Source: Gammaproteobacteria bacterium
GTDB lineage: Bacteria > Pseudomonadota > Gammaproteobacteria > JBCCGL01
Length of the DNA stretch: 64,000 nt
Direction of reading: 5' to 3'
Assembly: GCA_965277715.1 (NCBI GenBank)
Contig: OZ255836.1
Coordinates: 3,789,254 to 3,853,253 of the forward strand
This document shows, piece by piece, positions 59,036-64,000 of this stretch. The notes beneath the pieces are model-generated. The model did no database searches. It was given only the letters and a program-made list of their open reading frames with translations, and was not told where the DNA came from. The translations under genes were made by a program, and so were the position numbers. How positions within the stretch are numbered: the stretch's first letter is position 1; each line of letters starts with the position of its first letter.

Positions 59036-59531
59036 TCTATTTATCAGAGTAGTACATTGAGATGTATAAACAGCGCTTCCATTAAAGATAATTGGTCAGC
59101 CCGGTAATATTTATAGAGTGCATTGGCTGTTTCTACATTAAATAAACTTGGCACAATGATCTTGCTGGCTTGATCCAACAGTGTCAGCTAGTGGCCATGC
59201 TCCGTTGGAGAAAGGCTGATGCGGAGTGCTGCAGAGGCATCTAATACATAACAATTCACCGTTGCTCCCTGCTTTCCCGTACTATCGCTTCGGGCGTTGA
59301 TGAAAAGTCAAAATGGCGCCCACTCGCTTTTATAGGTGACCAGATTGGCGGAACGCTACCCTGGGCTGACGTTTGAATATCTGTCGAGTTTGATGCGGGA
59401 AAATCGACTCCAGGAACTGGAAAAGCCCGTACCTAGAGAAGCAACATTTAAAGCTGTTTCATTGAAAATAAAAGGGAAGCGATTCAATCGTGAAGAAGCC
59501 AATGCCCGATAGTGCTTTTGTCGGTAGAAAA

Positions 59532-60713
59532 TCAAAGATAGCTTAACTCCAGTGGGTACTCAGCCAGTACCTCGGCCCCGCTGCTTTTAATCCAAACAGG
59601 CTGCTCAAGCTTAACCCCTTCATGGCCACCCATTTCGCCCACATAGCACTCCACACACACCACCATATTCTCTTCAAAAACGCCGTCATAAGCGCCCCAT
59701 TCCTCATCTTCACGATACCAGATGAGCGGGTACTCGACACCCAGGCCACAACCGTGGGCGACATCGGCATAGCGGTTGGGTAGGCAATTGTCCGGGAGTT
59801 GAAATGATTTGTCTGAGTATTCCAAAAACCCCAAACCGGGTTTTAGCAAGTCGATGTTATGTTGCATTTGTTGGTAGGCGGTGTTGTATAGCTGGCGTTG
59901 CTTATCACGCGGTTTTTTATCACCGACAACCCAACTGCGCGAGAGGTCGTTGTAAAACCCCATCGGCCCGATAAGGTCGGTATCGAAGGCCAGCATATCG
60001 CCATTTTGTATAATGCGGTCTGAGGTTTCCTGAAACCAGGGGTTGGTGCGTGGGCCGCTACTGAGTAAACGCGTTTCCGGGTACTCGCCTCCCTGCTCAA
60101 TACTGGCGGCAATCATAATGGCCAGTGCGTCTGACTCGCGCATACCGGGGTGCAGTTTTTCACGCATGACAGCAATACTGGCTTCACAGGTTTGCAGTGA
60201 CTGTTTTAACGCCGCGATTTCGTCCAATGATTTGATCGACCGGGCGCGCTCCATCAGCGGCTTTGCATCGATCAGTTGCAAAGCCTGTTGTTGGCAGGCA
60301 GTGACCAGCGTCAGATCGGCGCGGTCAATCGCCAGCTTTTTCCCGCCTATCCCTTTTTCTGTTAGTAGCGCGTGCATTTGCATCGCCCAGCGCTGTGCCA
60401 TTTCAAACCCACGTTCACCGACGATCATATAATCACTGGAAAGCGCCGGGCGAATATCCTCAAGCATCGGCTCTGCCAGGTGTGAGGCACTGGGCATATC
60501 AAACAATACACAGTCACCACTGGCAAATACCACGGCGTAGCGCACATAGTTGTGCATTGTCCACACCTGCATATTGCGGGTGCCCGTGGCGTAGCGAATA
60601 TTAACCGGGTCGAACAATACGACGGCGGGGCAGTCGTACTCGCCTAGCCATTTTTTGATCTGCTCACTACGGTGGGTTTGAATAGAAGAGCGTGTATCGA
60701 TATTGCTCAGCAT
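59532..60713 (-). CDS. M24-family metallopeptidase (creatinase/prolidase/ectoine-hydrolase-like)
   Basis: Creatinase_N-like N-terminus plus the pita-bread fold with metal ligands (D..D..H..E..E pattern: DTDLIGPMGFYNDLSR ... HGCGLGVEYP). Confidence 0.75.
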   Translation of the reverse strand: MLSNIDTRSSIQTHRSEQIKKWLGEYDCPAVVLFDPVNIRYATGTRNMQVWTMHNYVRYAVVFASGDCVLFDMPSASHLAEPMLEDIRPALSSDYMIVGERGFEMAQRWAMQMHALLTEKGIGGKKLAIDRADLTLVTACQQQALQLIDAKPLMERARSIKSLDEIAALKQSLQTCEASIAVMREKLHPGMRESDALAIMIAASIEQGGEYPETRLLSSGPRTNPWFQETSDRIIQNGDMLAFDTDLIGPMGFYNDLSRSWVVGDKKPRDKQRQLYNTAYQQMQHNIDLLKPGLGFLEYSDKSFQLPDNCLPNRYADVAHGCGLGVEYPLIWYREDEEWGAYDGVFEENMVVCVECYVGEMGGHEGVKLEQPVWIKSSGAEVLAEYPLELSYL

Positions 60714-60876
60714 TAAACATTCTCATTGCGATTCAGCCGGAGACGTTAGCGCCGGATGAACCCGGTTGTCAAACGGGTTATGCTACTGAATCTAACAAAT
60801 TCGACATCTCTCTTTTCTTATCCGGGTATCAAGCGTAACTCAAACTCCCGGTATATTTTTCGTGTAACGCACTGCA

Positions 60877-61779
60877 TTGGGATATAAATTGAAACGCAAA
60901 GATAAAATCGATGCCTTTGGTGCTTCGATACTTGTGGCGACCTCAGCCACTTATGGTCTTAACCATGTGTTAATAAAAATTGTTAATGATGGTTTACAGC
61001 CTGTATTCCAGGCGGGGTTGCGCTCGCTGTGCGCTATTTTGCCCATTATGTTATTTGCCTGGTTAACGCATAAAAAACTGACGGTGCGTGATGGTAGTTT
61101 CTGGCCTGGACTGTTGGCGGGGGTGTTCTTTTCCATTGAGTTTGTGTTGCTATACCAAGCACTGGACTACACCAGCGTGGCGCGTGCCGCGATCTTTTTT
61201 TACACCATGCCGTTTTGGGCGGCGATTGGTGCGCATTTTCTTATTCCTGGTGAACGGCTGACGATGGTGCGTACTGGCGGCTTATTACTCGCATTTGCCG
61301 GTGTCTTTGTGGCGTTATCCAATAACGCCGCACCGGCCACTGATAAGGCATTAATGGGTGATATCTTTTGCATCGTCGGTGCGGCATTGTGGGCCTGCGT
61401 TTTACTGCTGGCGCGTACCAGCAAACTATCACGCGCCTGCCCGGAAATGCAGTTGCTCTATCAGTTATCAGTGTCTGCATTGGTGCTATTGGCGGTTACG
61501 CCATTGTTTGGTGAACCGGTGCGTGAATTTACCCCGCTGATTGCCGGAATATTTTTTGTGCAGGTATTTGGCGTGGTGTGCGTTGGGTTTCTCACCTGGT
61601 TCTGGATCCTATCGATTTACCCGGCGTCGGATATGGCATCGTTTGGGTTTCTTGCGCCGGTATTTGGAGTGTTGTTTGGTTGGTTGATTTTGGGTGAGGA
61701 GATCACTTATACCATTGTTACTGCACTGGTGATGGTGGGTGTGGGGATTGTGTTGGTTAATCGCAAGCTCCGAGTATAG
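60877..61779 (+). CDS. DMT-superfamily (EamA) transporter
   Basis: 10 TM with duplicated EamA domains. Confidence 0.8.
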   Translation: MGYKLKRKDKIDAFGASILVATSATYGLNHVLIKIVNDGLQPVFQAGLRSLCAILPIMLFAWLTHKKLTVRDGSFWPGLLAGVFFSIEFVLLYQALDYTSVARAAIFFYTMPFWAAIGAHFLIPGERLTMVRTGGLLLAFAGVFVALSNNAAPATDKALMGDIFCIVGAALWACVLLLARTSKLSRACPEMQLLYQLSVSALVLLAVTPLFGEPVREFTPLIAGIFFVQVFGVVCVGFLTWFWILSIYPASDMASFGFLAPVFGVLFGWLILGEEITYTIVTALVMVGVGIVLVNRKLRV

Positions 61780-62004
61780 CGTTATGGCCTTCTATAAGTT
61801 TATCCTCCTCTTTGTTCGTCCCGTAGGTAATTTGAATTATTTTACTGAGATAAAAGTGCATCTTTTATAGCAGATAATTTCCACTCGATTATCTGTGGTG
61901 GTTTGTTCTGATAAAGAAATATTTTTATAGAGAGAACAACAATTTAATATTCTCTCTATTGCAGTCGCGTAAATTTAAAAAGTGTCTTAATTTTTAGAAG
62001 CGCC

Positions 62005-63966
62005 TTAAGGTGTGTGTGTTATAGGGCGGGTCGCTTGGGTGGCGGCGTTACCAGCGGCATCCGCTACGTCGGCGGTTACCGTCGTGGCAGCAGGCAGAGC
62101 TTGAACGTTCAGTGCAGGTACAGTAACACTCCAGGCGCCATTGTTTACCGGGCCTGTGTAGTTAACGCCATTCAAACCGACAGTTACTGTCTGTCCATTT
62201 TCTGCAGTGGAAAGACCAGAAATAACAATATCATTATCATCTTCGGTGGCATTGATGTCATCATTACCTGCAATAACAGCAATTGAAATGGTCGGGGGTG
62301 TTGTGTCGGGAAGTATATGTGTTAAAAAGCGAACTGCCTGGGTGGCGGCGTTACCAGAAACATCTGTCACATCGGCTGTTACCGTCGTGGCAGCAGGCAA
62401 AGCCTGGGCGTCGAGTGCAGGTACAGTAACGCTCCAGGCGCCATTGTTTACCGTGCCTGTGTAGTTAACGCCATTTAACCCGACAGTTACCATTCGTCCG
62501 TTTTCTGCATTGGAAGTACCAGCAATGATAATATCATTATCATCTTCGGTGGTATCAATTTCATTATTACCTGCAATAACAGCAATTGAAATGGTCGGGG
62601 GTGTTGTATCGGGAGGAGTGCCGGTAAATAGCCATGTGATAGTTTCGGTAGTGTTGTTGGGAAAGGTAACCAACAACTCTAATCTTACATTGGTTGACGT
62701 CACATTACCGAGCGTTAGGTTAAATCCGCCAGTTGGGCCATCTGCACACAAGTTATTGGTGTTTAATGTGATAGCTGTTAGGCTATTAGTTATATCAGCA
62801 CCGGTTGAACTAAAAGCCAACGTCGTTCCAAAGGGTAAGGGATTGCCCATGTAAGCTGTGCCCACTGTAGTGGTGCAAGTATCTGTTGAAGATGGCGACG
62901 ACAGTATATTGTTAGAGTTAACGCCTAAGTTACCATCAGAGAGGAACAACCCACTAAAGGTTGTTCCAGTACCAATAGCGGTGATAGGACCTGAAGGATT
63001 AGGGAAAGTACCAAGTACAGCAGTAGTCACTCGATTGAGGGGCATGGCAATAATGATTTGTCTTCCGACAAAAATCGTTTCCGGTACACCAACCATATTA
63101 GAGCTGCATACTGCATTGGGATATCCTTCTTGCAAGCAAGGGCCATTCCAGAAATCATCTCCATTAGCGTCATAGGTTGAATTGTTATTAATATCCCTAA
63201 ACGGTTCTCCTGAGTCATACGTTCTGTTTTCATTTTCATCGGCGTACAGCTCGGGTAAATCATCAAAGACTATAGGTCTATCATCAGTTGGGTTTGTTGC
63301 ATTGTCAGCGCCAGAATCTTCAAGTACACCATTACCATTGCGATCAATAAAACGCTCGATACCGGGTGTGAACGCCAATAAAGTAACCCGATTATCCGGT
63401 GGTCTGGTACCTGAACTTCGCCATGTCGTTGAACACTGTCCATTGGTAGTAGTACAGAACGAGGGGCTAATCAGCCCGATTTCGCCCGTGATAAAGCTGA
63501 TTAATGTGCCATCTGGCACCTGGTTACCAAACTGATCGGTTGCAATAACACCTAATGTGACCGCTATTCCATCGGTGTTAAATGCTTGTGCAGGGCGGTT
63601 AGACCCTATTGATATAGAAAAATTATCAGATACAACCCGTCCTGTTGAAACGGCAATACCGATCGATGAACCCTGTAACTGAGAGGTTGGGTGGGTCGCG
63701 ATAACTTGCAGTGAAGTGGCCAGGGTACCACTTTGTACAACCGTGCTGACATCGCCACTGGCATTAGATAAACCGCTCTCTCTATTGATGGCTATGCGGG
63801 CGCCGCCGGTATTGGGAGAGGTGGAGGTGAGGGTGAAATTAACCATCTGATTAATGACAGGAAGGCCGGAACTGTTTAATACCCTAAAAGTGACTGTAGA
63901 GGTTTGTGATCCATTGCCCAGTCCAGATATGCTTAACTGTGTAGGGGTTGCAGAAATAAACCTCAC
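62005..63966 (-). CDS. large Ig-like (Big/cadherin-like) repeat surface adhesin, C-terminal 653 aa only; the N-terminus is beyond the window end
   Basis: Gly/Thr/Asn-rich beta-sandwich repeats and two tandem C-terminal repeats of about 97 aa (TPPTISIAVIAGN[ND][ED]I...VTVGLNGVNYTG.VNNGAWSVTVPAL..QALPAATTVTADV.D..GNAATQA). The frame is open to the last base of the window. Confidence 0.8.
   Translation of the reverse strand: MRFISATPTQLSISGLGNGSQTSTVTFRVLNSSGLPVINQMVNFTLTSTSPNTGGARIAINRESGLSNASGDVSTVVQSGTLATSLQVIATHPTSQLQGSSIGIAVSTGRVVSDNFSISIGSNRPAQAFNTDGIAVTLGVIATDQFGNQVPDGTLISFITGEIGLISPSFCTTTNGQCSTTWRSSGTRPPDNRVTLLAFTPGIERFIDRNGNGVLEDSGADNATNPTDDRPIVFDDLPELYADENENRTYDSGEPFRDINNNSTYDANGDDFWNGPCLQEGYPNAVCSSNMVGVPETIFVGRQIIIAMPLNRVTTAVLGTFPNPSGPITAIGTGTTFSGLFLSDGNLGVNSNNILSSPSSTDTCTTTVGTAYMGNPLPFGTTLAFSSTGADITNSLTAITLNTNNLCADGPTGGFNLTLGNVTSTNVRLELLVTFPNNTTETITWLFTGTPPDTTPPTISIAVIAGNNEIDTTEDDNDIIIAGTSNAENGRMVTVGLNGVNYTGTVNNGAWSVTVPALDAQALPAATTVTADVTDVSGNAATQAVRFLTHILPDTTPPTISIAVIAGNDDINATEDDNDIVISGLSTAENGQTVTVGLNGVNYTGPVNNGAWSVTVPALNVQALPAATTVTADVADAAGNAATQATRPITHTP
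62014..62600 (-). repeat. two tandem direct DNA repeats of about 290 bp encoding the duplicated Ig-like module
   Basis: 62014-62300 and 62310-62600 are near-identical (several mismatches per 100 bp by eye). Confidence 0.6.
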
Positions 63967-64000
63967 TTCGCCAATAGCGGAAGCCGTATGGTTTATAGTA

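Noticed and set aside
61927-61959. Hairpin ATAGAGAGAA-N13-TTCTCTCTAT after the adhesin 3' end, considered as a rho-independent terminator
   Set aside because: No U-tract follows on either strand, so it may simply be an AT-rich palindrome. It was left unannotated.

Overview
This looks like a gammaproteobacterial chromosomal segment with about 50% GC; the organism is not identifiable from the sequence. The core genes are a GldA/GldF/GldG-like ABC transporter, the nitrogen-regulation locus glnA ... ntrB-ntrC with an NtrC-type enhancer and a sigma-54 promoter upstream of glnA, glyQ-glyS-gmhB-plsC, uvrD, a ybdL-like aminotransferase, a Tat-dependent peptide/opine-type ABC importer, and assorted oxidoreductases and transporters. 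The accessory content stands out in four places. (1) A solitary 987-aa STAND P-loop NTPase with a C-terminal TPR array and an unrecognisable 230-aa N-terminal domain. (2) A heavily decayed genomic island of about 10.7 kb centred on a tRNA-Thr(CGU) gene. It holds an N-terminal remnant of a P4-type integrase and layers of nested IS insertions: IS3 disrupted by an IS4-family element that is itself split by ISL3; an IS4-like element truncating an Ig-like adhesin paralog; two IS5-family copies; and IS66 inserted into one of the IS5 copies. (3) Abutting the island, a divergent MnmA-family PP-loop thiolase co-transcribed with tusA. (4) A translationally coupled pair made of a periplasmic CxxCH (heme-c) DUF3365/HAMP membrane sensor and a Hanks-type Ser/Thr kinase, preceded by a possible 28-codon membrane peptide ORF. 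Other features include an adenylate cyclase-FHA fusion between ntrB and glnA, a cytochrome-c-peroxidase pseudogene remnant, palindromic motifs bracketing an MFS transporter gene, and a large tandem-repeat Ig-like adhesin running off the window end. No CRISPR array or rRNA gene was seen.
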